Below, piece after piece: positions 19,414-29,463 of a stretch of 64,000 bases of DNA. Both the position numbers and the translations under genes were made by a program. This stretch comes from a virus: the IMG/VR virus record IMGVR_UViG_3300013126_000011, one strand, 5' to 3'. Below the pieces are notes generated by a model. The model saw only the letters and a list, made by a program, of their open reading frames with translations. It had not been told where the DNA came from and did not search any database. Within the stretch, counting starts at the first letter, position 1. Every line of letters starts with the position of its first letter.

Positions 19414-19420
19414 CTAGTTA
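19414..19420 (+). promoter_or_regulatory. putative late promoter (CTAGTTA)
   Basis: About 32 nt before the scaffold ATG. Confidence 0.55.
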
Positions 19421-19451
19421 TTAGCGATTCTGAGTCAAGGAGTTATATTGA

Positions 19452-21095
19452 ATGTCTGATTTGTATAAGAGCGCAATTGCTGATGCCAAGCTTCTAAGAG
19501 AAGCTGCAATCAAGAGCGTCGAATCGGTTATTTTAGAAAAATATAGTGGAGATATTAAGCAAGCTGTTGATGAAGTGCTATCTGGTAATTCAGATGAGCT
19601 TTATGAAGCTAATGAAACAGAAGATGAAAATGTCGACAAGAAGAGCGACAAGAATCTTTTTGGACCCAATGGTGATGGTTCTCCAACAAATGATTTGCCA
19701 AATCCAGACAATCTTGGTTCCCTGACAGATACAGCCGACGTTGGAACAGATCTTTCGGCAAACTCGGATGATCCTGATTCGCAAGATCCAATGACTGCTG
19801 ATGTTATGAATTCTTCTGGAGATGCAGAAGCAAAACAAGATGCAACAGCAGAAGATGATAGCTTTCCTGATATGCCCGATCAAGCAATGGATGGTGAATC
19901 TGTTAGTGGAGCCGTTCAGACAAACGGAGAAATCGAGATCGATCTTTCCGAGCTAGAAGCAATGGCAAATTCGAAGCCAAATAAAGTACAAGATGTAAGT
20001 CAAGATACACAATCTCATGAATCGATCCTTCCAGATATGGGCGGTAGTGAGAATTCAATGGAAGAGCCGCTGAAGGAAGCAATTGATTCTGATGAAGAAG
20101 CTCCTAAAGAAGATCATAATGGTCGAAAGCTTATCATTGATGATGAAGTATTAGAACAACTTGCAGAAGCACTAATGAACGAAACAGATGATACTGGTGC
20201 TAGTGAAGCAGGTGCTTTAATTGAGCGTTATAATACCAATAATGAATATGATGATTCTGATGAAAGAGAAGAACGTCGTAGAGCCAAAGAAGAGTATGAT
20301 GAAGGTTGGGCAGATCGTGAACATGATCGACACAAAGAGGGTGACGATGAGTACGACGATCTTGACGAGTCCGTTGAAGATGAACTAAGTGCAGATAAAC
20401 CATCGAATACACAGCTTGTCGAAGACTATAAAGAGAATCTATTAGAAGATATTGACTTTGATTTTGAGGAAGTGCCTTCCGGAAATATCAATGGAAATTT
20501 TGGTGGTGTTCCAGAACCAGAAAAGCGATTTGAAAAAGATCGTATGGCTGCTGCCAAGAATCTAAAAGATAAGAAAGACGAAGAAACGAAAAGAGCGGCT
20601 TTAATGGAAGCCGTTTCAAAAGAAGTTGACAAGAAGGTTAAGAAGCTTTCAGTACGTTTGAATGCATTGGAGCAAAAGAATCAAGATTTAGTCAACGAAA
20701 ATCAGAAGCTAGCAACTGATCTGAAAAATACTAGCACAAAGCTATTGGAAACCATTACGAACAATAGCAAGCTTCACTATGCAAATCGTATTTTAAGAGA
20801 TGGCTCCTTGAATGAGCAACAGCGCAATAAGCTTGTAGAGTCTTTAAAGAAAGCGAATAGTGCAGAAGAAGCAAAGTCGATTTTTGAAACAGCAAAGAGT
20901 CTTGTTGAGTCTGTCGGAAGCACCCGAGGAAGCGTCATGACTGGAAAAGCACCGTCACTCAATGAGGTTTTAGCTAATCGAAATCGAACAAAGACCTTTA
21001 ATAGTTCGGGGCAAAATGATCGAGAAGAGGAAGGCAATCCGATTTCTTCATCAATTAGAGAGAGTTGGAAGAAAATTGCCGGAATTAAGAACTAA
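19452..21095 (+). CDS. prohead scaffolding/core protein (gp22-like position)
   Basis: Directly upstream of the major capsid gene; AIADAK.LREAA N-terminus, very acidic disordered middle with many L/I/V-x-E sites, coiled-coil C-terminus ending WKKIAGI. Confidence 0.8.
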   Translation: MSDLYKSAIADAKLLREAAIKSVESVILEKYSGDIKQAVDEVLSGNSDELYEANETEDENVDKKSDKNLFGPNGDGSPTNDLPNPDNLGSLTDTADVGTDLSANSDDPDSQDPMTADVMNSSGDAEAKQDATAEDDSFPDMPDQAMDGESVSGAVQTNGEIEIDLSELEAMANSKPNKVQDVSQDTQSHESILPDMGGSENSMEEPLKEAIDSDEEAPKEDHNGRKLIIDDEVLEQLAEALMNETDDTGASEAGALIERYNTNNEYDDSDEREERRRAKEEYDEGWADREHDRHKEGDDEYDDLDESVEDELSADKPSNTQLVEDYKENLLEDIDFDFEEVPSGNINGNFGGVPEPEKRFEKDRMAAAKNLKDKKDEETKRAALMEAVSKEVDKKVKKLSVRLNALEQKNQDLVNENQKLATDLKNTSTKLLETITNNSKLHYANRILRDGSLNEQQRNKLVESLKKANSAEEAKSIFETAKSLVESVGSTRGSVMTGKAPSLNEVLANRNRTKTFNSSGQNDREEEGNPISSSIRESWKKIAGIKN

Positions 21096-21098
21096 TTA
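21092..21098 (+). promoter_or_regulatory. putative late promoter (CTAATTA)
   Basis: About 30 nt before the major capsid ATG. Confidence 0.55.
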
Positions 21099-21127
21099 AT
21101 CAATGAAAATAGCAAGGAGAAGATAAA

Positions 21128-22837
21128 ATGAGTTCAATTCTACAGAAACTAACAGAAGGCGTGACTCACCGTTCTGTCCGTAAAGAAGGTGCTGCACTTC
21201 TAAAGAAGTGGGAACGTACTGGTCTTTTGGAAGGTCTAAAGTCAGAGCGTGAGCGAGAGAATATGTCACGTCTACTTGAGAACCAAGCCAAGGAACTGCT
21301 TCGTGAAGCTTCGACAATGCAGTCTGGTGAAGTTGAGGGCTTTGCGGCTGTCGCCTTCCCAATCGTTCGTCGTATTTTCGGTAATCTTATTGCTCAAGAT
21401 CTAGTATCCGTACAGCCAATGAGTCTACCAAACGGTTTGATTTTCTTCATGGACTTCACTCACACTCATGAGAAGCTGAATGCCGGTGCTGCCGCTGCAA
21501 CTTCTGTCTACGGTGGTGGTGTGACTGCCCGTGATATCACAACCGGTGTTGATCTGTCAGGCAAGAATGCCGAGCGTGGTTTCTATAACTTCGCCAACGG
21601 TTATTCAAGCCCAACAGGTTCACAGTCACTAACCGATCAGAGAACAACCGATCCTGATAATCTAGGTGACAATGAGTACGTATTCCTATGGACCGGTTCA
21701 ACAGTAGGTACTGCCCTAACTGATTCCGATAAGGCTGCTGTGCGTTTTGACGTTGACGTAACCCAGGATGATGTTGGCAAGTACATTCCTATCGTTCTGC
21801 AACTATCAGAAGCCACGTGGAACAAGGTAAACCTTGATAACCTAGTAGCTTGTGATCTAGAGTCTGGTACAGAAGCGAATGGCGTGTTTAGCGTTCGACG
21901 CCTAACCGATATTTACAATCGTACCAATCGTCAGATTTATACGATTGCTCGTGTAACTGGTACTGGTTCTATTGATACTGGCAGCTTCGTTTATCCCTAC
22001 AAGGATCAGTTTACGACTGCTGATGCGCTTGGTGCAATGAAGGGAACTTCACAATGGCCATTCGAATCAACATTCTCTGATACTGATCAGACTCTTCCTG
22101 AGATCGACATCAAGGTCAACTCGATTGACATTCGTGCTGTGACCAAGAAGCTCAAGGCTAAGTGGACACCAGAATTGGGTCAGGATATCGATGCTTATCA
22201 CAACACCGATATCGAAGTTGAGCTAACCGGCGTTCTCTCTGAGTACGTTGCGCTAGAAGTCAACAACGAAATTCTAGAAGATCTAGTAGTTGGTGCTACC
22301 GCTGGTACACTATACTGGAGCCGTATCCCTGGTCAGTTTGTGAATCGTGAGACTGGTGCTGTAACTGGTGTTGGCGACTTCACTGGTAACGTCAGCATGT
22401 GGTATGAGACACTAGTTGAGACAATCAACGATGTTTCTGCTCGTATTCACCGTAAGACTCTTCGTGGTGGTGCAAACTTCCTCGTGACCTCTCCCGAGAT
22501 TGCCAACGTTCTTGAGATGACTGCTGGCTTCCGAGCTAACATCACTCATGACGACGAGAAGGGCACTGTTTCCGTAATGTCAACCGGTAGTCTGAACAAG
22601 AAGTGGGACGTGTGGGTTAGCCCTTACTTCCCTCGTAACTTGATTCTCATTGGTCGTAAGGGTTCTTCGTTCCTTGAGAGTGGTTATGTGTATGCACCTT
22701 ATGTGCCTCTGCAAGTTACACCAACCATCTTCGGAGTGGAAGATTTTACACCTCGTAAAATGGTTATGACTCGATATGGAAAGAAAATGGTACGTTCGGA
22801 TATGTACGGATTATGCGTGGTCAGAGATCTTGTGTAA
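21128..22837 (+). CDS. major capsid protein (gp23-like)
   Basis: LLENQA, FPIVRRIF, SVQPM..P.GLIF, KKLKAKWTPELGQD, YAPYVPL, MTRYG; strongly biased codon usage. Confidence 0.96.
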   Translation: MSSILQKLTEGVTHRSVRKEGAALLKKWERTGLLEGLKSERERENMSRLLENQAKELLREASTMQSGEVEGFAAVAFPIVRRIFGNLIAQDLVSVQPMSLPNGLIFFMDFTHTHEKLNAGAAAATSVYGGGVTARDITTGVDLSGKNAERGFYNFANGYSSPTGSQSLTDQRTTDPDNLGDNEYVFLWTGSTVGTALTDSDKAAVRFDVDVTQDDVGKYIPIVLQLSEATWNKVNLDNLVACDLESGTEANGVFSVRRLTDIYNRTNRQIYTIARVTGTGSIDTGSFVYPYKDQFTTADALGAMKGTSQWPFESTFSDTDQTLPEIDIKVNSIDIRAVTKKLKAKWTPELGQDIDAYHNTDIEVELTGVLSEYVALEVNNEILEDLVVGATAGTLYWSRIPGQFVNRETGAVTGVGDFTGNVSMWYETLVETINDVSARIHRKTLRGGANFLVTSPEIANVLEMTAGFRANITHDDEKGTVSVMSTGSLNKKWDVWVSPYFPRNLILIGRKGSSFLESGYVYAPYVPLQVTPTIFGVEDFTPRKMVMTRYGKKMVRSDMYGLCVVRDLV

Positions 22838-22862
22838 TCTATCAATCTAATTGATGCAGAAG

Positions 22863-22886
22863 AGCCGTCGAAAGACGGCTTTTTTG
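22863..22886 (+). terminator. rho-independent terminator
   Basis: AGCCGTC-GAAA-GACGGCT hairpin followed by a T-tract. Confidence 0.9.
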
Positions 22887-22950
22887 TTTTTTGTGTAAAT
22901 CCCGCACTATATATATTTGAAGATGGATAAACTGTAGTGGAGGGATTTAA

Positions 22951-23856
22951 ATGGAAAGTGGAGTATACATTATTCGAAATTTGATCAATGGAAAAGTTTA
23001 TATTGGAAGTTCTGTAAATTTAAAAAATCGACAGCGAGAACATTGGAGTCATCTGCAAAAAGGAAATCATCATAACGTTCACCTTCAACATGCTTGGAAT
23101 AAGTACGGAGAAAAAGCGTTTGTTTTTGAAACCGTTGAATATGTTGAAGAATCTTGGCTTTTATTGTTTGAGCAAAAATATATCGATCAATATTGCAGCT
23201 ATGATGGTGAGCGCGGATACAATATTTGCAAAGTAGCTGGAAATACATTAGGTTTTCATCACTCTTCGGAAACGAAAGAGCAGATTTCTAATCTCAACAA
23301 GGGTCGAGTTATGCCAGAAGACGCTAAAAGACGAATTAGCGAGGCGAATTCCGGCTCTGGTAATTATTTTTATGGCAAGCATCATACTGACGAAACAAAA
23401 CGAAAGATAAGCGAGGCAAATAAAGGACGTAAAAGAACTGAAGAGCAAAGGGCAAGATTGCGAGGACTTCAAGTTGGAGAAAAAAGTGCAGTGGCAAAAC
23501 ATACCTGGGAAGAAGTGAGAGAGGCTAGAAAGCTATATTCTTCTGAAGAAATGACAGCAACGCAATTAAAAGAAAAATACAATTGGCCAGGAATTTCTAT
23601 CATGCTTGAAAATAAGACTTGGTACGACAAAGAGTATTCTCCACCAATTAAAGTTGTTGATAACCAGCCAAAACTTTCGATAGATGTCGCTAAAGAGATT
23701 CGTCAAAAATATGGTAATCCAGACAATAGACCTAATACGGCAGAAATTTCTAAAATCTATGGTATTCAAATTGCTGCTCTAAATAAATTGCTTAGAAATG
23801 ATACGTATTTCGATCCGGATTATCGCCCAATTCAAGTACGCCCTCGACGAAAATAG
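22951..23856 (+). mobile_element. free-standing GIY-YIG homing endonuclease with NUMOD3 repeats
   Basis: SGVYIIRN...KVYIGSS...R...H...EQ.YI...GYN; HSSETKEQIS and HTDETKRKIS repeats. Confidence 0.9.
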
Positions 23857-23866
23857 TCGATTTTGT

Positions 23867-23894
23867 TTTACAGTCCTCCTATATATGTTATACT
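23867..23894 (+). promoter_or_regulatory. putative sigma70-type promoter (TTTACA-N16-TATACT, extended -10) with embedded CTATATA
   Basis: Intergenic, upstream of the 23954 ORF. Confidence 0.45.
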
Positions 23895-23953
23895 GTAGCT
23901 ACAATCCACGGAAGATGGATATATGGTAATGACTTGGTACGACAAACAGGAGA

Positions 23954-25405
23954 TTGAAAATGGAAAAATGTAAAGCATGTAACAAGGTGCTTGATTCTGT
24001 TCCGGAACTGGTCAGACACATTATGACAGATCATAAAATGACAACCGAAGCGTATACTGTGAAATATCTTTATGACGGAAAGCGTCCGGTTTGTCCTGAA
24101 TGCGGTAAGACGACGCGCTATGTTCAATTTCAATTTCGAACATATTGCAAAGAACACGCAAATTTAGCTAGAGCCAAATCCTGTAAAGAAGTTGGAAAGC
24201 TTCCGTCATGGAACAAAGGTCAGACTAAAGAAACAAATGAAATATTGCGTAAGCAAGCAGAATCTTTTAAAGGTGAAGGCAATCATTTTTTTGGCAAACA
24301 TCATTCTGAAGAAACAATCGAAAAGCTTCGTAATCAAAAGCTTCTTACTGAAGAAGAATACTATGCGCGCACTTTAACCAGATGTAGTTTACCGAATGAA
24401 GAGAAAAAGAAAGAATTTGTGCTGCTGACGCCCTACTCTGAATACCTTTCCAGACAACATCAATGTTTGCAATTGCAGTGTACAAAGTGCGGTACTGTCG
24501 ATAAAAAGACTTTGCAAGCGTTTGAACGTCAATCAAAGTGCAAAGTATGTTATCCGATTCAGAAAAATTCAAGAGAAGAGCAAGAAGTAAAAGATTTCGT
24601 AAGATCTGTTTGCGCTTGTGAATTGATTGAAAATTCTAAGCAAGTTATACCTCCAGTTGAATTAGATCTCTATGTACCAGAAAAGAAGCTAGCTATCGAA
24701 TATAATGGTCTATACTGGCACACAGAGGAAAGTAAATCAAAATCCTATCACAAAGACAAAACCGTCGCCTGTGCTGCCAAAGGAATCAGATTGTTTCATA
24801 TTTTTTCTGATGAGTGGCGGGATAAACAGCCAATTTTAAAATCAATGATTGCTTATCGCCTGGGGGTGCTAACGAATCGTGTATCTGCTCGTAACTGTGA
24901 AATCAGACAATTGACGACTGCTGAAGCGAAGCAGTTTTTTGATTTAACGCATATTTCTGGCTGGACTCATTCAAGAATTGTTTTTGGTCTTATCGATGAT
25001 GATAATTCTGTTGTGGCTGCTCTTGGTCTTCGAGTACCACAACAAAAAGCAAAGTATCCAAATGCTTTAGAGATCTCCAGATTTTCAAACAAGCTTGATA
25101 CCATTGTTAATGGTTCTTTTGCTAAATTACTTGAAAAAGCTAAAGCATACGCAGTCGAAAACGATTTTACCAGTTTAATCACTTATGCAGATCTTCGGTT
25201 TGGAGATGGCTCAGTATATGTTCGTAACGGTTTTGAAGAATTGCAAGAGTCTGTGCTAGATTATTGGTATACTGATGGAGCAGAAAGATATCCAAGGTTT
25301 TCGTTTAGAGCGACAAAAGAGAAATCAGAAAAAGTGCTTGCTCTTGAGGCAAATGTCAGTAAAATCTACGGTTGTGGTTCTAAAAGATATCGATTGAAGC
25401 TTTGA
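23954..25405 (+). mobile_element. Hef/Vsr-like free-standing endonuclease with zinc fingers and NUMOD3
   Basis: C2H2 finger CKAC..H...H, CPEC, GEGNHFFGKHHSEET, ELDLYVPEKKLAIEYNGLYWH, C-terminal YADLRF.DG.VY...GF...KIYGCG. Confidence 0.8.
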
Positions 25406-25406
25406 T

Positions 25407-26329
25407 TTATGGTCTTTTAACCAATTCTTGATACGAACCATTCGTATCTTTTTGGAAGTGAATGTCTGCTGAAAGCATTTGGACATTTCCGTTATATGTA
25501 TCAGTCCCACCGACTCTTGATAGCTGTACTTGAATAATGCTCGATATCCCCATCCCGACTCCAGTCAGCGAACCTGTTCCTATAATCTCAAATAGATAAT
25601 GTTTATTTGAAGCTCCTGGCGTGGGGATGGGCATCGATATCGAACCAATGGTAAAAGCTGGAATAACTCCGTTTATCTCAATCCATCGATATGCATAATT
25701 CCAAGTCACATTTCCGGTATTTGCGTCTGAGCATTTGTAGTGAATGTGAAATTCTGCTGCACTTCCAGTCATATAACCATGAGGCAATTGCCATACAAAA
25801 TCACATCTTTGCGTTGAGCCATTTTCAAAGTCAAGCGTAGAATTTGTTGTATTGATAACTGCTGGACCAACTGATCCTGGCGGGTTAACAGCTACCGCAG
25901 ATATAACAAGATCATCCCACATAGGGATAAAATATGAACTTGATATATTCTGGAATGTTGTATGTTCATTTTCTGTTAAATGATAATGTTCACTTGTTGT
26001 TCCACCGAGAAGACCTTGCAAGGATTCATGAGAACCGGTCAATGGAAAATAGTTAATATCCGACTCAGTTTTTGTATAATAATCATTTGCGAGAGAAGAA
26101 GAAACATTATCAAGAGAACCGGATGTTAAACTATAATCAGTCCATAGTTCATCCAATGATGATGACACAGCAACGAAATCAACTTCTGCCAACGATTCTG
26201 AAAGTATAGCTACGTCTTCTAGCGCTTGTGCCATTGATTCAGATAAAGCCGGAATGTCTCCAAGTGCAAGTACTTGATCTTCCAATCCTTCTACTCTTGG
26301 GTTAAATTAACGTAAAATCCTTGGCTCAT
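25407..26329 (-). CDS. putative virion fibre or decoration protein; 5' end apparently frameshifted
   Basis: Only plausible minus-strand gene. Main ORF 25407..26285; an ATG with AAGGA Shine-Dalgarno and a late-promoter motif is at 26329, one frame off. Coiled-coil N-terminus, HESLQGL.GG...EHYHLT linker, beta-sandwich-like C-terminus. Confidence 0.65.
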
Positions 26330-26357
26330 TTTTAAAATTCCTTATACAGTGCCGTAT

Positions 26358-26364
26358 TAAATAG
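26358..26364 (-). promoter_or_regulatory. putative late promoter (CTATTTA)
   Basis: About 29 nt upstream of minus-strand ATG 26329; back-to-back with a sigma70 promoter on the + strand. Confidence 0.6.
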
Positions 26365-26366
26365 GC

Positions 26367-26395
26367 TTGACTTGCTCTTGAGAGTCCGGTATACT
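26367..26395 (+). promoter_or_regulatory. sigma70-type promoter
   Basis: TTGACT-N17-TATACT. Confidence 0.8.
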
Positions 26396-26423
26396 ACATA
26401 TTGTTTTATAAGGAGGTTCTTTT

Positions 26424-26948
26424 ATGGTACCGAGTTTTGTTAAGGTATTTTTGTTTCTATTTTTCTCGTGTACTCAAAGTCAATATGCAATCAAGCAATC
26501 GATGTGTCCAACGTTTTCCGAGATGATCACAATCAGTTATCAAATTGCAAGAGAATCAATCGAACAACAGTTTCCATATCCAGTCGTTGTTGCTGCGATT
26601 GTCTGGAAAGAATCGAAGATTAAGAGATTGGCAACTGGAATGGATCGCGATCTTGGACTAATGCAGGTTCGATGGCCAAAGAAGGGCAATACATATGCTA
26701 CTCACAAGCAAAACAAAGATCGAACGCCAAACCTATATGACTCTGAAGAGAACCTTAAAGAAGGAATTGCTCGATTGGTCGAATGGCGCAGAAGCGACAA
26801 GGTGAACTATACAGCCCATTTCAATTGCGGATCGAATTTAAAGAGCAAACTTTGCAGAAAGAAGAATCACGGACTCGATTATCAACAGCAAGTATATGCA
26901 TCTATTTCTAGGTTTCTTCGAACGTTGAGGGCTTCCGATTTGTCTTGA
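26424..26948 (+). CDS. SLT-type lytic transglycosylase with N-terminal hydrophobic (signal-like) segment
   Basis: AAIVWKES (catalytic Glu), GLMQV, EENLKEG, HFNCG; AAGGAGG Shine-Dalgarno. Confidence 0.78.
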   Translation: MVPSFVKVFLFLFFSCTQSQYAIKQSMCPTFSEMITISYQIARESIEQQFPYPVVVAAIVWKESKIKRLATGMDRDLGLMQVRWPKKGNTYATHKQNKDRTPNLYDSEENLKEGIARLVEWRRSDKVNYTAHFNCGSNLKSKLCRKKNHGLDYQQQVYASISRFLRTLRASDLS

Positions 26949-26973
26949 CAATCGATCTTGGTAAGTGTAAACT
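26945..26973 (+). promoter_or_regulatory. sigma70-type promoter
   Basis: TTGACA-N17-TAAACT; next start codon 6 nt downstream, so the transcript may be leaderless. Confidence 0.7.
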
Positions 26974-26979
26974 GTTTAC

Positions 26980-27303
26980 GTGAAGACAAAGAACACCAAA
27001 AAAAAGAATCGTTTTGGGACCAAACTCAAGGTTGGCGATCTAGTTTGTGTAACAAAAGCTGGAGTAATATTCTTATACAGAGATCATCGTGGTTGGCTAA
27101 ATCGTCGATATGTTTTGAAAGGACCAGCCTGGGCTTCAGATGATCATATATTACCAGAGATTGTCGGAATTATCACTCAGATTATGTGGCGTGGTCCCTA
27201 TATGCTTTCGTTGTCTCTTTGGGATATCGAAAGACAAACTGAAGGTTGGTTTGAACAGCCATTTACAGAAACAGATATGGCAAGTGTTAGGTTTGTAGCA
27301 TGA
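26980..27303 (+). CDS. small hypothetical protein (SH3/KOW-like start)
   Basis: LKVGDLVCV. Confidence 0.55.
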   Translation: MKTKNTKKKNRFGTKLKVGDLVCVTKAGVIFLYRDHRGWLNRRYVLKGPAWASDDHILPEIVGIITQIMWRGPYMLSLSLWDIERQTEGWFEQPFTETDMASVRFVA

Positions 27304-27626
27304 ACAGCAGTCCACTTCCAGTTTTGAATGAAATGACGGCAGAACAGTTAAAGTCTGGTGATTTGTGTCGATGGGAAACGACTAATTGGAATTCAGATGT
27401 GAGAGTGCCTTATTCTGATACGCTTCTTTTGCTGCTTCTCGAAAATCCAAAAGTAACCAACGTTAAGCAAGATGTTCAAGAGCACCGTACACTTGACGGT
27501 CTTACAATGATGTATCCTGGCAAACGATGGGTAACTTATACTGTTGATGCTTATGTGATGGATTGGAATCGAATTTATACGTTCAATGTTGGTCCAGGCT
27601 GTACTGGATATACAGAAAAGCTATGA
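27300..27626 (+). CDS. small hypothetical protein
   Basis: ATGA-coupled; LKSGDLCRW. Confidence 0.6.
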   Translation: MNSSPLPVLNEMTAEQLKSGDLCRWETTNWNSDVRVPYSDTLLLLLLENPKVTNVKQDVQEHRTLDGLTMMYPGKRWVTYTVDAYVMDWNRIYTFNVGPGCTGYTEKL

Positions 27627-27841
27627 AATCATACAGAGACTTAGAAGTTGGAAGTATTTATAAGTTTGGCGTACAGAGTCGAGGATTATTGTGGTTGTAC
27701 TTAGGGTTTATGCCTTCGGCTGATGGTTGTGTTGCACACAATTACTTTCTTAGTATGGAAAAGTATTATGTTGATTGTTTCTCTATTAGAGAGTTAAATA
27801 ATGACATTCGGCGTGGACGAATTAGAAAGATCTTGTCATGA
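27623..27841 (+). CDS. small hypothetical protein
   Basis: ATGA-coupled ATG 27623; LEVGSIYKF. Confidence 0.55.
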   Translation: MKSYRDLEVGSIYKFGVQSRGLLWLYLGFMPSADGCVAHNYFLSMEKYYVDCFSIRELNNDIRRGRIRKILS

Positions 27842-28128
27842 ATTCCGATTTTGATAGTTTGCCGATTCTTGATAAAGAATCGTTCAAAACGGTTAAGACT
27901 GGCGAGTTATATCGACTTCAAGAGCTTGGTCCTACGATTTTTGATAGTACCACGTTTGAGCCACATAGAAAAGTATTAAAAGATCGATATTTGTTGGTTC
28001 AAGTGGTCGACGAAGTTAAGAAATTTGGTACTAACTACAGTGCTCCCTGTATAGATCTCAATTCTGGCGTAACGATAATCGTAAATTATGCGATGTCAAG
28101 CGGAAAGCTAGATTATTACAATTACTAG
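27838..28128 (+). CDS. small hypothetical protein
   Basis: ATGA-coupled; VKTGELYRL. Confidence 0.6.
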   Translation: MNSDFDSLPILDKESFKTVKTGELYRLQELGPTIFDSTTFEPHRKVLKDRYLLVQVVDEVKKFGTNYSAPCIDLNSGVTIIVNYAMSSGKLDYYNY

Positions 28129-28157
28129 CTACTAGTTGCCTCTCCTTTCTCCAACGC

Positions 28158-28164
28158 CTATTTA
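28158..28164 (+). promoter_or_regulatory. putative late promoter (CTATTTA)
   Basis: About 34 nt before the neck gene ATG. Confidence 0.65.
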
Positions 28165-28197
28165 TGACTGAACAGTACTGTTGGAGAAATCCCAAAT

Positions 28198-29460
28198 ATG
28201 CCACCTTCTTATCTTCCACAATCGAGCTATAATCAATATATCCTGCCAGCTACAGGCACAATTGAGAATGTTGTTGATGCACTGTCTCTAGGTGTATACG
28301 CTTCTTCTACAGAATTCCTAAGTGGTGCTGCTGCACAGGTTTCATATGTCTACAATGAGCTTGGTGGTGAAATTCTCGATCAAGAATTAACTGAAAAGCA
28401 AGTTTATGAGAGCTATGAACGTGCAACTACAGAATATTCTTATATTCTCAACCTTCATCAAGGCAAAAACGTGCTTATGCAGGCTCTTGGAAGCCCAACA
28501 GCCTCATTTGATCACGAAGGAACCGTTGTTGACGGTCCAGAAGGAGCAAATTTAACCTATCCTCGTTTTGATTTTGGCTATATGCGAAGAACGGCTGAAG
28601 GATATTCGGCAGAATTATCAATGGGAGGCACACAGACTGTCTATTCAGCCTCTTTTGACGTGGAAATTGATAAACAAGACTATGATTTACAGCAAATCTT
28701 GTATTCTGCAAGTCTAAATGCTGATTGTCCTTGGAGTGGATCGTTTGCTGACGGCGCAACAAACACATTGATTCGTGTAAAACGTGTATTTTACAAGACT
28801 CCGAGAGCAACTTGGAGATATTTTGGTTATTATGGTTTGGGAGGTCTTGATACAGTTGGAGCGTTGTCAAGCTATGGTCAGTTTGCAAGTGCTTCAACGT
28901 TCCAGTTGGTTCCTGTGTGGCAAAATAAGCTTCAGGCGATGCATTATAGTGATGCTTTGTACACTCGTTTGGCTCATTATTCGTATGAGTTGAGAAACAA
29001 CAAGCTTAGAATTTTTCCAATTCCAAGAGAACCATTTGCAACAAGTAAAATGTGGTTTGAGTTCATTATTCCAAAAGGATCATTCGAGGATGGTGAACGA
29101 GAAAACGGAATGCATGGTGTTAACAACCTTGGAACGTTACCATTTGACAATCTTCCTTATGAAGCAATCAATGCAATTGGTAAGCATTGGATTCGAAGGT
29201 TCTCTCTGGCTCTCTGCAAGATGCGAATGGGATATACTCGCTCAAAGCTTCGTTCAATTCCAATTCCAGGTAATGAACTGACCCTAAATGGCGCGGAATT
29301 GTTGACTGAGGGCAAAGAAGAGGTAAAAGATCTGCGAGAAGAGCTAAAGAAAATCCTTGATGAACTAACCTATCAGAAATTAGCCGAGATGCAAGCAGAT
29401 ACGGCAGAAAAGACAATGAGCGTATTGAATAAGATTCCTCTTGGCATTTACGTTGGATAA
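28198..29460 (+). CDS. neck protein (gp13-like)
   Basis: ELGG.ILD.ELT..Q; WIRRF.LAL.K...G..RSK...IP.PG...TLNG..L..EG..E...L.EEL. Confidence 0.85.
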   Translation: MPPSYLPQSSYNQYILPATGTIENVVDALSLGVYASSTEFLSGAAAQVSYVYNELGGEILDQELTEKQVYESYERATTEYSYILNLHQGKNVLMQALGSPTASFDHEGTVVDGPEGANLTYPRFDFGYMRRTAEGYSAELSMGGTQTVYSASFDVEIDKQDYDLQQILYSASLNADCPWSGSFADGATNTLIRVKRVFYKTPRATWRYFGYYGLGGLDTVGALSSYGQFASASTFQLVPVWQNKLQAMHYSDALYTRLAHYSYELRNNKLRIFPIPREPFATSKMWFEFIIPKGSFEDGERENGMHGVNNLGTLPFDNLPYEAINAIGKHWIRRFSLALCKMRMGYTRSKLRSIPIPGNELTLNGAELLTEGKEEVKDLREELKKILDELTYQKLAEMQADTAEKTMSVLNKIPLGIYVG

Positions 29461-29463
29461 GTA

